Under the pieces are notes generated by a model. It was not told the DNA's origin. It searched no databases and saw nothing but the letters and a program-made list of their open reading frames with translations. Shown piece after piece: positions 11,376-25,069 of a DNA stretch of 64,000 nucleotides (the stretch's first letter is position 1; each line of letters begins with the position of its first letter). This stretch comes from Sphyrna mokarran (Eukaryota), in NCBI GenBank assembly GCA_024679065.1, contig JAGIQG010000026.1, forward strand, positions 18,724,001 through 18,788,000. Reading direction: 5' to 3'. Both the position numbers and the translations under genes were made by a program.

Positions 11376-14300
11376 GTACAGATACAAATGTTTAAAGTTG
11401 TTGAGTGTTGATACGTGTAAGTAGTGATCTATTGACACTTACATAGATAATTTGTTGATGGGAGTAAGAACATAATAAAATGTCAGGCAGGAAATAACTT
11501 GACCATGATCATGATATCTATCAGGAGCCATAGCAACTGCTGGGAGGAGTGAAGAAGTAGATAAAAGTGGTGAAGTGGGTGATGGGTGGGGGGATGATGG
11601 AAGTTTTATTTCCTTTCCAACCCTACCCCTGGCAATCAAAATAAGTCCCAACAGATCACATTTATTATAAGTTAGATTAGTTGGTACTTGCCTCTTCTAT
11701 CACAAGGCCTTTACCTCAACCTTAGCTAGACCTGTTCTCTCTAGTACGGAAACTGTGCTTGATCCAAAAGTCATCAATTCTCTAAGAAGAGAAGAGTCAC
11801 CTATCTGACCTCGTTCTGCCCTTGTAACCTTTCCAATCTGTCTGATTGAAATGATTTTGTCATTTATGGAAGCAATCTAGTCCCTTCATTATTTTATAAA
11901 TCTCAATCATACAGCCTTTGAGGAAATGCTGCCCTAAAGACCAAGCTATCTGAGTTAATAATATGTTTTAAAGAAGAAATCAATCTTATGGCCCTCCTCT
12001 GAAATGTTTCCAAAACCTGAATATCCTCCAGTAGGATATTCAGTCTGGGTTAGGTGGATTGGCCATGCTAAATTGCGCCTTAATGTTAGGGGGTTAGCAG
12101 GGTAAATAGGGGGAGATTATAGGGATAGGACTTGGGAGGGATTGTTGTTAGTGGAGGCTCGATGGGGCGAATGGCCTCTTTCTGCACTGTAGTCATTCTG
12201 TGACCAGTTGATTTGCATTTATTACATAATTGTGCCCTATAAAGAACGACGGGTGGCATAATAACCACAGGAGATGGATGTTTCTATTCCTGGAAGCAAA
12301 CACACTCCATATGTACGTGGATGCAAAGGGTTAGAACTTCATCTTGGGCAATACTGTATTACAAAAGGGGCAACGTCACATAAGGTACCTGTTACATTTT
12401 TCTCTCCCTGCCCCTCCAGGTACATTTCTACCTTGATACTCTAAATGAAGCTTAACCAGGTTTACAAGGACTAAATGGTAAGTTTTGTTGTATACTGAAT
12501 AGTCCTGTGAGTGCAGCTAGTATTCTCCTCTACATATCACTTCACTGCATTGAATGTGAACTTTTAGCAAGTTATGCAATACAATACCAGAACATTTTTC
12601 TTTCTCCACAAGTTTTAGTTCTGTTCCTTGTATTTAAATGTAATGTTAATCTCCATATGACAGCAACATTCCTGCCCCATTTCTCCTACACATTGAGATG
12701 TATTTGCTGTGTACCTACTCCACTCACATTAATTGTACCTATGTAATCCTGTTAGTGAAAGGAGAAACTGGCCTTGGGATAGATTTACTCACAGAGTGAA
12801 ACATTACAGGTGTGTATGTGTAACTCCTCTTGTGATCTACACCCTTGTAGAATCGTGTGAAGGATGGTGAGTGAAGAGTCAGTAAGATTCCTCCGCCAAC
12901 TCTTTTGGAGAAGGCTGCCCACACCTTGTGCCACTTGATAGGCCAGTGAAGGGCCTTCCCATGGGATCAAAGACCTGAATGCAGTAGTCCTACCCACTAA
13001 GAAGTGTCAGCCAATCACAGCTCAAGAGCTATATTGATTGACAGCATCATCAGGGAGACCATGGCTGCTGCTGGCATAGCCCCTGTGAAGACCCAGGATC
13101 ATGACTGGATCCCACGCCAGACGTGAGTGATGGTGGCAGGCATGGAAAAGGGAGGTTGGCATTGGGGGGCACTTGCTATCAAGAAGGGGGAATGATGGAC
13201 TGCTATGTACCTCAATCAAGCAGTGAATGTCAGAAAGAGGATCCCTCCTCTCCACAGCCCTAGGAACCTATAAGCAACCCAGCAGAAGTTTATTTGATGT
13301 GCTCCCCACACAGCCAGCCCCTGCCTGCTGCTGGCAGTGGTGACAAGTTGAGGCCCCTCAGCGGACATTAATTACCCATTTAAGGGCCTCAGTTGGCAGC
13401 AGGGTAGGAAACCAGTCCATGGGCCTTCCCATCATGGACCTAAGGGATGCTGATCTGACTGATGAAATACCTCCCATCATCAAACTCACTATGGGACAAG
13501 GAGCGAAATTCCAGCCAACGTGTCAATCTCCTTACGTGCTCAAGTAAACATCCAATCAGTTCTACTTGCCTGCACTCAAAATCAATTGATAGTTAGATTT
13601 TGCAACAAGATACTACGTGTGCCTTACTGCACATGCAGCACTCAACACAAGTGTAGATAAACCTGTTAATCAGAAATGGAATATATTGTGGTGCAATGTA
13701 ACTTCTTTTAAATATTCATACCCAACAATGGCATTTACAGAATGTCTCTTACTCCCCACCCCCAACCCCCACAACCCCAAGTAGTGAATTTCAGAACTTC
13801 CCCTGCGTTTCCCAAAAGAAACACTGAGGTGATTTACAATTTCTGAAACTGTTGCGAAAGGTCTGAACTGCTGCCTATTGTCAGTTTACTGGAAATGACT
13901 TGTCTCTGTTTTAACTCCCGTACCAGAACTGGAAACGATGAATAGCTTTTTTTAAAAAAGTGTCTTGTAAAAGGTAATGTGGCAGATGAAGGTGTAAGTA
14001 AACATTGTCGAACAAAGTAATCCACCAGAGCTCTTTGGGCTGAATGATAATGCGGTCCAATTGTGATCTGCAAGAAGACCGTATCAATGGTTTCTGCTCT
14101 TCTCCAATGCATTACCCGAATCCAAAATGTGTCTTCTTTTTTTTTGGAATAGCGACTCGGCTTGACTGTACCAGACCAGGCATCAGTTGCACTGGATATT
14201 CCATGGTCATGTAGATTAAAGAAGTCAGTGTGGTGAAACCTTTGAAAATGTCACTTTGCAGAATCATGAAGTGATTCCACAGCATGTTCACATTTCCAAA

Positions 14301-14944
14301 CTAAAGATCCACGACTCAAGACTTCCTTGCTAGTCCAGTCCCGACTGGAGACCACAACCGTTTTAAAAAGTAGATTACCCACACTTTAACTCCTGAACCT
14401 TTGTACTTCTGTTGATCTTGCTTGCGATGGTTTTTTTTCACAAAAGGACAAGCTGCATTTAACCATTTAATATCCATGTGGACTAAATTGGATATCTCCT
14501 GAAAACAAGCACAGGGATCATGAGGCAAGATTATGCCAGGCTGATTGATGCTGTGCATTAACCTTCCACAGTCCAATCATATGAATGATCTCTGCGTGCG
14601 GCCAGGGCAAGCACAGGCCACCTAGCATCCCAGCGCCGCAGTGGATGTGTAGATTGCTGTCATTACAAGGTCACTTTGCTGCTATGTAAGGTCAGGCTGC
14701 TGCTATCCTGGGTGTTTTTTTACACTGTGCGTAGGGGTTTTCGGGATGTCCAAGCACCCCAACAATTTGATTCCTCAGATTGCTGAGGTGTTTCCCCTGC
14801 CCCCCCACCCTTCGTGGAGCAGAAACCTATTATCTTCCTGTTGGGAATACAACATTCATCATTCTGTGCTGCCAGTGAATGTCCTTGTTGTTGCCCATCA
14901 GCCAGCCAGTCCATATCGTTGCTGCACATGTGGGCACTCTGAGT

Positions 14945-15350
14945 CTGTACTCGATGGAGGTTAGAAGGATGAGGGAGGATATCATTGAAACTTACAGAAT
15001 GCTGAAAGACCTGAATAGAGTGGACATGGGAAAGATGTTTTTCCATTGGCTATGATCCGAGGGCAAAGCCACAGAATAAAGGGACAAAGCTTTAGAACTG
15101 AGATAAGGAGGAATTTCTTCAACCAGAGGGTGGTGAATCTATAGAATCAGTACCACAGAAGGCTGCGGAGGCTAAGTCATTGAGTGTATTTAAAACAGAG
15201 ATAGATAAGCTCTTGATTGGTAAAGGAATCAAAGGTTGCCGGAAAAAGACTGGAGAATGGGTTTGAGAAACATATCAGCCGTGAACGAATGGCAGAGCAG
15301 GTTCAATGAGTTGAGTGGCCTAATTCTGCTTCTAAATCGCCTGGTCTTAT
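14945..15350 (+). mobile_element. CR1 LINE 3' fragment
   Basis: LYSMEVRRMREDIIETYRMLK..RRNFFNQRVVNL, followed by the gcctaattctgcttc tail. Confidence 0.85.
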
Positions 15351-15899
15351 GGGAATAATGCAGTTTGAAGCTGAACTTTGCTGCTTAAGGTTGTGCTCCA
15401 AAGTCAACTAGTTCCCACTGAAAGTCAGCAGTTTTCTACCAGTCATGTTGCAGCCACTGGACTAGCATTGTGTAGGAGCACGAGGACAATGCCCTAAATG
15501 AGCATGAGGAGCAATGAGAAAGACAACAAGAGAATGCACAGTGGTGTTTGGTTGACTTTTATATGCAATATAGCAGAACTTCAGTTATAAATTTGGTTTG
15601 GAATATTTTATTTTGTGCTTCTTTCCTATAGTATTCTGACCATTGGACACTATGATGGTAAGTGAGGGCAGACAAGGTGCAGGACTGTTGGTCCCTTGGA
15701 GAATTTGGATTGCATTTACAGGTTTCATACTCTTCCCATACAACGCAGGTAGAAAGATTGCGTGCCCTCTTTCTTCTTTCCTCTTTCACACTTCTACGTC
15801 TCAAGATGATGAAGTAATGAGGCATGTAGCAGGACATCACAAATCTTCTCAAATGCATTGAGTGTCCAGAGCAGTCTCAGATGGGAGTAACAACCTGGC

Positions 15900-16300
15900 T
15901 TTCATTGTGTGTGTACACTGTACACCCAAAACAAGTATTTGTACAGCCAATAGCATCCTACATTTTGGGAAAGCTGACAATTATAAAGCTATATGCTCGG
16001 TCTTCCTATTTCTGTTTAGCAAGAGAGCTGTGTTCGAATCGAGGGCCTCATTTGACTTCCCTTAAGCATCAGTAGGTAGCACACAGAATGATGTTGCATC
16101 AATTTCCTGCTCCAGCCTGGAAGGATCTAGACAAGTGAACACCTTCACAGCCACTGCAGTGCTGCCTTTGCCACACAATGTGGTTGTTGCAGGTGGCACA
16201 TTTCAGTGGGGATGCAGATATTGTGCACATTGTTTCTTGCTGAGCTTCAGGTAGGAGAATTGCTCCCAGAACAACCTGGCAGCAATGGCCTCTTCCTCCT
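15900..16300 (-). mobile_element. Decayed PIF/Harbinger (HARBI1-like) transposase fragment
   Basis: Minus-strand peptides EQFSYLKLSKKQC, TAVAVKV and IVSFPKM*DAIGCT resemble the Harbinger motifs SYL..SEEQC..LRF, ALPVAVKV and IAGFP.VQGAIDCTH, in the expected order. Confidence 0.6.
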
Positions 16301-16552
16301 CCTCCTCCTCCTCACTCTTCTGGCAGCTTGCTCTGCTCTGAATAGATTCTCTTATTGTATGCAGTATTCCAGAGGGAATGCCTGGGAGCGGCAGGAAGAA
16401 ACTGGTTACATTGTGCTTTGAAGTCAGCAACAAGTTCTTACGCATGTGTTGCACCACTGCTTAAAGAGTTTTACAACTTGTAACAACTATAGGAAGTGTC
16501 AAACACTTGTAGCAACAGCCAAAAGAAATCAATTAGCCACCAACCTGTAATT

Positions 16553-16898
16553 TTTTATTCATTCTCGGGACATGAGCGTCGCAGACTGGCCAGCATTTGT
16601 TGCCCATCCCTAGTTGTCCTTGCAGGACAGTTCAGAGTCATTCACGTTGTTATGGCTCCGGAGTCACATGTAGGCCAGACCAGATAAGGACAGCAGATTT
16701 CCTTCTCTAAAGGACATTAATGAATCAAGTGGGTTTTTTTGACAATTGACAATGGTTTTATAGTCATCAGTAGATGCTTAATTCCAGATTTTTTTAATTG
16801 AATTCAAATTCCAATTCAAATTCAAATGTTGGGATTCAAATCTGGTCCCCAGCACATTAGCTGAATTTCTGGATTCGTAGTTTAGCGATAATACCACG
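16553..16898 (-). mobile_element. SacSINE1/Deu-domain-like SINE
   Basis: Reverse-complement homologue of 52586-52912. Confidence 0.75.
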
Positions 16899-18767
16899 GT
16901 CTCCTCTGAATCTCTTTTAAACAGTATTGATGGCAAGAGTGGTGTTTCTGTGGAAGATGTGTTCGGCTGTGGGAGTTAAGAGAGGGTTTGTTTGGAATAG
17001 TGGGCTCCAAAAACAGAGCAGCGGCATCAAATCAGTGCTGCCTGCTGATTGCAGAGCGGGCAAATCGTAACATCATCAGCAGATGTACACTTTGTACCAT
17101 CTAAACCTGCACCAGTGTATGGCCCAATGCAAATTGCCCCACCAGTTGCAAAGACACCACATACACAATTGTGGAATTCTTAAGGGCACTTGGAATGCCC
17201 AACAGAACACTTTTGAACCCAAGGTACTATTGTTTCCAGAGGAACAGGAGTATTTTGGAAGGTTATAGAATCCCTACAGTGCAGAAGGAGGCCATTTGGG
17301 CTATTGAGTCTGCACCACTCCCTGATAGAGTGTCTTACCCAGGCCCTCTTCTCCCCAACTATACCTGTAACCCCACACACTTACAACAGTTAGTTCCCCT
17401 AACCTACACATTTTGGGACACCAAGGGACAATTTAGCACGGCCAATCCACCAAACATGCTACTCTTTGGATTTAATCTTTAATTTGTGGGAATTGAAGAT
17501 GGCTTGTTAATGGGATCAACTCTTGCACAAGTGACATATTCTGCTTCTTTTTAATAGTGCATATTATCAATCAGTCAAAGGATGGTAGTCAGTTGGTATC
17601 TGTAGACCTGCATATTTGTAAATTTGTACATATTTCTAATGATGAACGTCAAGCTACCTTTAAAGAAATTTTTCCAGCTCCAGTGCCTTCCTTTTCAGTC
17701 TTTCGGAACATTTCCTTGCTGCTGCTATGCTTTCAGTACACTACCCTTCATGCTCTGCTCCTCTCCATATGTCTTTCCAGTGTTGAACTTAAGACCTAGA
17801 ACACATTCCTGTCTCCATTCCCACACGCACATTAACATGGAGGATTTTCTATTCATTTTTTTTGTAGCCGTGTTGGTTATGTGCATTGGCCATGCTAAAT
17901 TCTCCCTTAGTGTACCTGAACAGGAGTGTGGCCATGAGGGGATTTTCACAGTAACTTCATTGCAGTGTTAATACAAGCCTACTTGTGACATTAATAAATA
18001 CATTTAAAGTTATTAAATAAATATTATTTGTTATTAGACTGAGGGAAGGGTAAGTGGCCAAGGTTGCAGGACTTTTTAACAAATTTGGGTGCATCAAGGC
18101 CAGACTTCCTCAAGCAAACCTTACTTTACTTTCCTCCTGTACATTTGTGATCAATTTTATATGTAATGTTCACTTATTTTGTTTACTGTTTTCAATGCGT
18201 TTCTGAGCTGGATCACTTTTCCGTCCTTCCCCACAGTCACCGTAATATTTGCACATAGAGATTTCTTAACTTGAACTTAGAACCTTCTATCGATTGCCAA
18301 TATGCAACGTTTCCTATCCTCTGTGAGAAGGGTAACAGTGATTGTATGCATTGCCATAACCTTGTTTATTGCAATTTTCCACATGACCAGAATTGGTATT
18401 TATCACCATCTAGTGTGCAATACTTAAATTGCACTCCCATTTATTAATACACCACATTTGTCTCTTAAAGAAATGTTTTAAAAGTTCTAGAAAATACAGA
18501 TAGTCTACTTGAGGAGGTTTCTTCAAGTACTGAAGATAATCCTGTCAGAAAATCAGGACTGTTTTATCCACTGTAACAATTATGAGTGGACATTTTTTCC
18601 CAGTTAATTCAATGTCCGGGTTAAAATTTTGTCTTAAATATCCTCTGCCTAAAGCACAAACTCCATTACTGTCCAATGATGTTTTGTAAAACCACTTTGC
18701 TTGTCACTTGTGCAAGTAGAGATTATTTTAGAGGCAGGGCAAAAGTAAAGCATTCAGCCTTTGAGCC

Positions 18768-19560
18768 TTTGATTTGATTTATTATTGTCATATGTATTAG
18801 TATACAGTGAAAAGTATTATTTCTTGCGCACTATACACATACAGCATACTGTTCATAAAGAAGAAAAGGAGAAGGTGCAGAATGTAGTGTTGCAGTTATA
18901 GTTAGGGTATAGAGAAAGACCAGCTTAACATATAGTTGGTCCATTTAAAAGTCTGATGGCAGCATGGGAGAAGCTGTAGGTACGTGATCTCAGACTTTTG
19001 TATCTTTCTCCCGACAAGAGGTGGAAGAGAGTATACCTGGGATGCGTGGGTCCTTGATTATGCTGGCTGCTTTTCTGAGGCAGTAGGAAGACAGAGTCAA
19101 TGGATGGAAAGTTGATTTGCATGATGAATTGGACTATGCTCACAATCCTTTGTAGCTTCTTGTGGTCTTGGTCAGAGCAGAAGCCATACAAAGCGGTGAT
19201 ACTTCAGAAAGGATGCTTTTTATGGTGCATCTGTAAAAATTGGTGAGAGTCATAGCGGACATGAGGAATTTCTTTAGCCTCCTGAGAAAGTAGAGGCGTT
19301 GGTGGACTTTCTTAACTATAGCTTTGGCGTGGAGGGACCAAGACAGGTTGTTGGTGATGTGGACACCTCGAAGCATGAAGCTTTCGACCATTTCCACTTC
19401 AGCACCATTGACGTAGCCAGGGCATGTCCTCCACTACGCTTCCTATAGTCAATAACTATGTCCTTCGTTTTACTGACATTGAGGGAGAGATAATTGTTGT
19501 CACACTATTTCACCAGATTCTCAATCTCTTTTCTGCATTCTGTCTTGTCATTGTTTGAGA
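18768..19560 (-). mobile_element. Rex1/Babar-type LINE 3' fragment
   Basis: MVESFMLRGVHITNNLSWSLHAKAIVKKVHQRLYFLRRLKKF..FYRCTIKSILS, 3' end ..gacaataataaatcaaatcaaa. Confidence 0.85.
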
Positions 19561-22162
19561 ACCTGCTCCACCATTTAGTTAGATCATAGCTGATATAGCT
19601 TTCACCCAGTCTTTTTGTCTGTAATCCTTAATTCCTCTACTGATTTAAAGACCTATAAATCTCGGCTTTGAAAATGTTCAAGGATTTAGCCTTCACAATT
19701 TCCTAGGGTAAAGAATTACAAAGGTTCACCATTCTGTGAGAAGAAATTATTTCTCAAATCCATTTTAAATGAGCACCCACTTATTCTGTGACTATGCCCT
19801 CTGCTCCTATACTCTCCCATGGGTAGAAACATCCTCCCTGTCTATCTTTCTCCCATTTACCCCCTCTAATCCTCTGAAAATTTTATATGTTTCAATCTTA
19901 TCACCTCTTATTCTCTTGAACCTCAGAGTACAGACCCACCTTGTCTTTCCTTATATGGCAGTCCCTTTACCTGGGATCATTCTTTACTGTCTCCAATGAC
20001 ATACTTCTTAAATAAAAGGGCCAACACTGTGCTTATCAATCCCTGTTCTCTGAAACAGGCTGTTATTACTACAGGCATTGTGATTGTGATTTTTACTCAA
20101 TCCAGCAGTACGTTCAGCCCTGGATCTGTAATTGTACAGATGTTAGTTTGGTTAATATCCATTCGGAAAACATTAATCAAATGTAACTTTGTGGACCAAG
20201 GATGAATGAAAGTAGCACAAGTGCTTCATTTGGTGTGGTGCTGCAACATGGGTATTAATTTTCCAGACAAGATTGAGAACCAACAGAAGTCCTTGACTAC
20301 CTTTTGTTTTCAAAAGTGCACTTTTTCTACTTCGATGCTGTAATCCTGATGGGGGTGGATTCTGGCATTCTAGACCACGCAGCCCAGCCAATTCAGTTTG
20401 CGCTTATTACTAATCCACCGGTTCGTCCTGTTTGAATTTTATAGCCCTAGAGATTTGAAAAGGACGTTTTTAGCACACACAATAAATGCTTGGGCACTCC
20501 TGTCTAATCTGACTAAGGGGTGACCTAGTTGAAGATTCCTGCCAGTGCCACTTTTGAGTTGTATTTGCGGATGTTATCTTGCCTCGTATGATTTGTTTTC
20601 TCACTCCTCTGCTACACAAGCCCCCCGCCCACCATCCTGCTGCCCGCGTGCCATCAGCTGCTGAGGTCTCTTGCCCACCCTAGAATGAGAATTCACCAAT
20701 TGGGGACAGCCATCATGCCCCGTGCTTTGCAAACCAGTGCAAAATGAGTGTTAAGGCTTTCTAGGTGTCAAGCTACAGAACAGTGCGGTGAAAGTAAATC
20801 GGTTTTAAATGAATTTCTGCTGTTGGATAGCCGCAGTCATGAAGCAATTGGTTTATCAATGCACATTTTGTACAGTTTTCTCTTAACAAGCTGTGGTGTC
20901 ACTTTACCATTATTTTAACTAGATAAAAATACAATTTTTGTGCTTTTGTCACTTTTTTTTTTCTCTGACTGCCCCTTTTGGATTTTATTCCGTGCAGTTT
21001 TAAAGATTTTTACGTTTTGGACCACGCTCAGGCATTCCTTTTGCTACAATGTCACTCTGACTGAGCTGGATCTTCAAGGTAGCATCCAGTGCACCAAAAC
21101 TCAAAAGAGTAAGCAGTTTTTGAGAAAAAGAATAGCACAAAGGATTAAGGTATAACTATCTTCGCGAGACAATTATCTATCTTATTGAATTTGGAAGGCG
21201 GGCTGCAGGAACCAAGTCTTCTTGTGGCCGTATTCTTAAGAAACAAAACAGCCGAGTTGACATTTTAAAAAGCTATTTACTTCCTTTGCCACTCAGTTTT
21301 GAAAAGACTGTCGTGGTTTCTGTGCACGCCAAGTAATTCACATCTTTCTCTGTGCCAGTCGGCCACTTATCTCTTTGGTTTGTGGGTGCTGCCTATGACA
21401 GTTTCAAGTTGCTGTTCTCAGCATTGACGTGGAAAATAGTTGAAGTTTGAGGGTTTATACCTAAATTAGAACAAAGGCCCCCTTGAATTTGTGATAACTG
21501 ATTCACTTTCAGAAGAAGCAAGGAAGGAGAAAGACCCAAACCACAATCTCAGGCTGAGCTGGAGATGCAGTTTCAAAGTTGACTGCCGTCTTTGATTTCA
21601 GATCCCTGTCTTTTTTTACTGTTTGGATAGATTTTCCTCCTCAGAGCCAGTTATACGATCCAATGCCTCAGATGGTGATATGATATCGACTTGTTTGTGG
21701 TCATTGCCTCAGAGGCTTTGCGGCCAGTTTTCAGAAAGCTCGGTTGAAACAGAGCATAGGCAGAGTTCATCCCTTCACCCAGGAAAACCTTTGCAGCCTA
21801 GATTCTGACTATTCAACCGAGGGACGTAACCCTAAGTGCTAAGGCACTATAGAACTGTCTGCTTAGCCTTTCTCAAACAGCTGGCCAACATCCTGAAAAA
21901 TTGTGCCTTTATCATGTTTAAAAGTTTTGGACAATTTCATACTTAGCCGAATTAGAAAAGCTCTCGCCTGTTTAAAAAAATATCAGAAGAATTAAAAACT
22001 GAAGGAGTGCTACCAACATCATTTGCCTTCTAAAATCCACTTCTGTAGATGAAGGTAGAACTTACCAAAGCATTACAACAAATGTTTTCATCCTCATGGT
22101 ACTTCTCACCAGCCCCATTGGGGATATGTCTAATGAAACCCATCCGCACGCTGCTCCTTTTT

Positions 22163-22467
22163 GGGTGGCACAGTGGTTGTCACTGCTGCTTCACAGCGCG
22201 AAGGACCTGGGTTCGATTCCCAGCTTGAGTCACTGTCTGTGTGGAGTTTGCACATTTTCCCTGTATCTGCGTGGGTTTCCTCTGGGTGCTCAAGTTATCT
22301 CCCACAATCCAAAGATATGCGGGTTAGGTGGATGGACCATGCTAAAATTGCTCCTTAGGATTAAGGGACTAGCTAGGGTAAATGCATGGGAGTTTGGAGA
22401 TAGGACCTGAGTGAGATTGTGAACTCAATGGGCTGAGTGGTCTCCTTTTGCACTGTAGGATTCTATG
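22163..22467 (+). mobile_element. HE1-type SINE (type A)
   Basis: A-box, gggttcgattccc B-box and ggattctatg tail. Confidence 0.9.
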
Positions 22468-24100
22468 AAAGAAACTGAGAGGTTCTTGAGAGAGCTTGAA
22501 TACTGACGTGAAGACTTGGCTACACAATCATGTATTTATATAAATGAAATACTAAGAACCATCTCTTACTATGGTTGCTGAATGTTTTTGACAATTTCAG
22601 TCTTGATGAAAGATTTTGAATAGAAGCAGCCTAAAGACAAATGCTGGATATGCAGAAATCTCAACAGTTAAGAGATTCGTCTACTTGACCTATCAGTGCA
22701 GGATAAGCACAGCACAGCTCAAACCTATATCACAGTATTAGAGTGTTTCAGTTTCCACAGTCGAGGAGATACAGTCAGCAGGCTGTAAATTTGACACAAT
22801 TGAGTGCCTATGACACAATGCAAATTCTCTGAGGAAATGCATCAAATGCCATGTTTCACAACACAAAGTGGAAAATTAGTCAACAGCTGTTAAGGTGTGA
22901 AAGAAAGAGATCAGCCGATCTGTTGGCATTGGGGGTTCTACTCATTACAACAAGATGCTTCACTGGAGAATGGTGAAGCAAAATGTGATACAGCCACATG
23001 AGATATTAGAGCAGATGACTAAAAGTGTCACCAGTGAAGTAGAAATTGAGGAGGATCTAAAAGGAGAAAAGAGAGGTGAAGAGGTCTCAGAAGAAAATCC
23101 TAGAGTGTAAGGTCTTGGTAGTTGAAGTCGCAGCCACCAATGATGGTGTAATTAAAATCAGGGAAGCTCAAGAATCAAAAAGGAGAGGTGCACAGATCTC
23201 TCGGGAAGTTGTGTGTCTGTTAGAAATGACAAGAGAAAGGAAGTTTCAGGGCACTGGAAAGATTTGAAAACCAGGATGCGGATTTTGACTTCAGCTTAGG
23301 TTGCCATCTCCCGCAAGCTGACTTGTGACATAATTTGAGATCACTATCTAAAGCTCATTTTCTAAACTGATGTACTGGTGAATGCATTGGCTTTTTGTAA
23401 AAAGAAAGCTAATTTTTTCAAGCATGTGTCAGTTTGGTCGATTGTGTTTGTTAGTGAACACTAACCGCGAGAGGCATGTGGTGTAAATAAAACCAAGCAA
23501 GATCATTCAGCAGTTACTGATGCAGTCTTTCTGTGTCCAACGCAAAGCTGCTACAGATACCCAGTAAAGATGATTAATCTAAGATCGTGTAGAAGAACAT
23601 TAAACCGCACAGTGTTCGTGAATCCATTAAAAAGAGATCACATGCATATGTTTCCAATAGCATCTTGTGCGACTGTATACATTAGACTATATTGTTTCCT
23701 AAATGCGTCACAATAATTAAGCATCCACTAGATCAATCAAAAATGTTGACATTCCAAGCACAGTGATAAAATTGTAAAACAGACAATCTACAGACAATCT
23801 AAACGATTAATCAAGTGCTCAGAACTTTGAGATTGTTTTACTATTGGAAATGCTATTGGAAATGTCTTGTGAAAAGAAGCTAAAAGTCTGCAGCTTTACA
23901 ATAAATACGTTTACATCCACTTTACAATTTTGCTGTCAATAGTTATTTTCGTATCTTGATACTCTTCTCTTAGTGAGTAATGTGAAGGTATGATGGATTT
24001 GCAGGCTATTTAACTGTCTGGCATGCAGCAATGTTAGCAGTTTTTTTTTGCCATAACCAATCTTCAGCATCCGATAAGTCTGTTAGTTCTCTATGCCCTA

Positions 24101-24895
24101 ATGTGGAGATGCTGGCATTTGATTGGGGTGGGCACAGTAAGAAGTCTTGCAACACCAGGTTAAAATCCAACAGGTTTATTTGTATCTTGAACTTCCGGAG
24201 TGCTGCTCTTTCATCAGGTGATTGGAGAGTTGGGTTCACAAACAGAGCATATATAGTCACAGACTCAGTTACAAGATAATGATTGGAATGCAAGTGTTTA
24301 CAGGTGATCAAGTCTTTATAGGTATAGACAGTGCATGTGGAGAGAGGGATAATCACAGGTTAAAGAGGTATGAGTTGCCTCAAACCAGGACAGTTAGTAA
24401 GATTTCATAAACCCAGGCTAAATGGTGGGGGTTACAAATAGTGTGACATGAACCCAAATCCTCATGTGTGTGAAACTTGGCTATCATTTTCTGCTTGGCA
24501 ATTCTGTGTTATCATATGTCTTGAAGACCACCTTGGAGAACACTTACCCGAAGACTGGACGCTTAATGTCCTTCACTGCTGAAATGTTCCCCAACATGCA
24601 GAGAACACTCTTGCCTGGTGATTGTCTCATGGTATCCATTCATCTTTGTCATAGTGTCTACATGATCTTGCCGATGTACCATGCCTCCTTTCAGGCAGCT
24701 TACCAGGTAGACAATATTGGCTGAGTCGTATGAGTATGTATCGTGTACCTGGTAGATGGTTTCTCACTTGTGGTGATGGTATCCATGTCAATGATCCAGC
24801 ATGTCTGGCAGAGGTTGCTGTGGCAGGATTATGTGGTATCGTGGTGACTGTTCACCTGAAGGCTGGGTAGTTTTCTGCGAACAATGATCTGTTTA
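24101..24895 (-). mobile_element. Penelope-like retroelement remnant (GIY-YIG endonuclease region and terminal repeat)
   Basis: Minus strand reads PCHSNLCQTCWIIDMD..SANIVYL..EAWYIGK..QRMNGYH..LHVGEHFS..LRVSVLQGGL..LGFMSHY with stops, followed by the conserved terminus aataaacctgttgga(c/t)tttaacctggtgttg. Confidence 0.88.
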
Positions 24896-25069
24896 CGTTC
24901 TATAGGGCGGAAAGGTTTTTGGGTTCTCAGAATCTATCATGTGGAAGTTCCCCTCAAAGCTACTCACCACCCTTATTTGGAACAATTTCACCTGTTCCTT
25001 CATTGTTGCTGGGTTAAAATCCAGGGATCAGCTAGACAGTCAACAACTTGCCCCAAAGGTAGTGGTGTC

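Noticed and set aside
22163-22222. tRNA-like A/B boxes here and at other SINE heads
   Set aside because: These are tRNA-derived SINE promoters followed by HE1 bodies, not tRNA genes.
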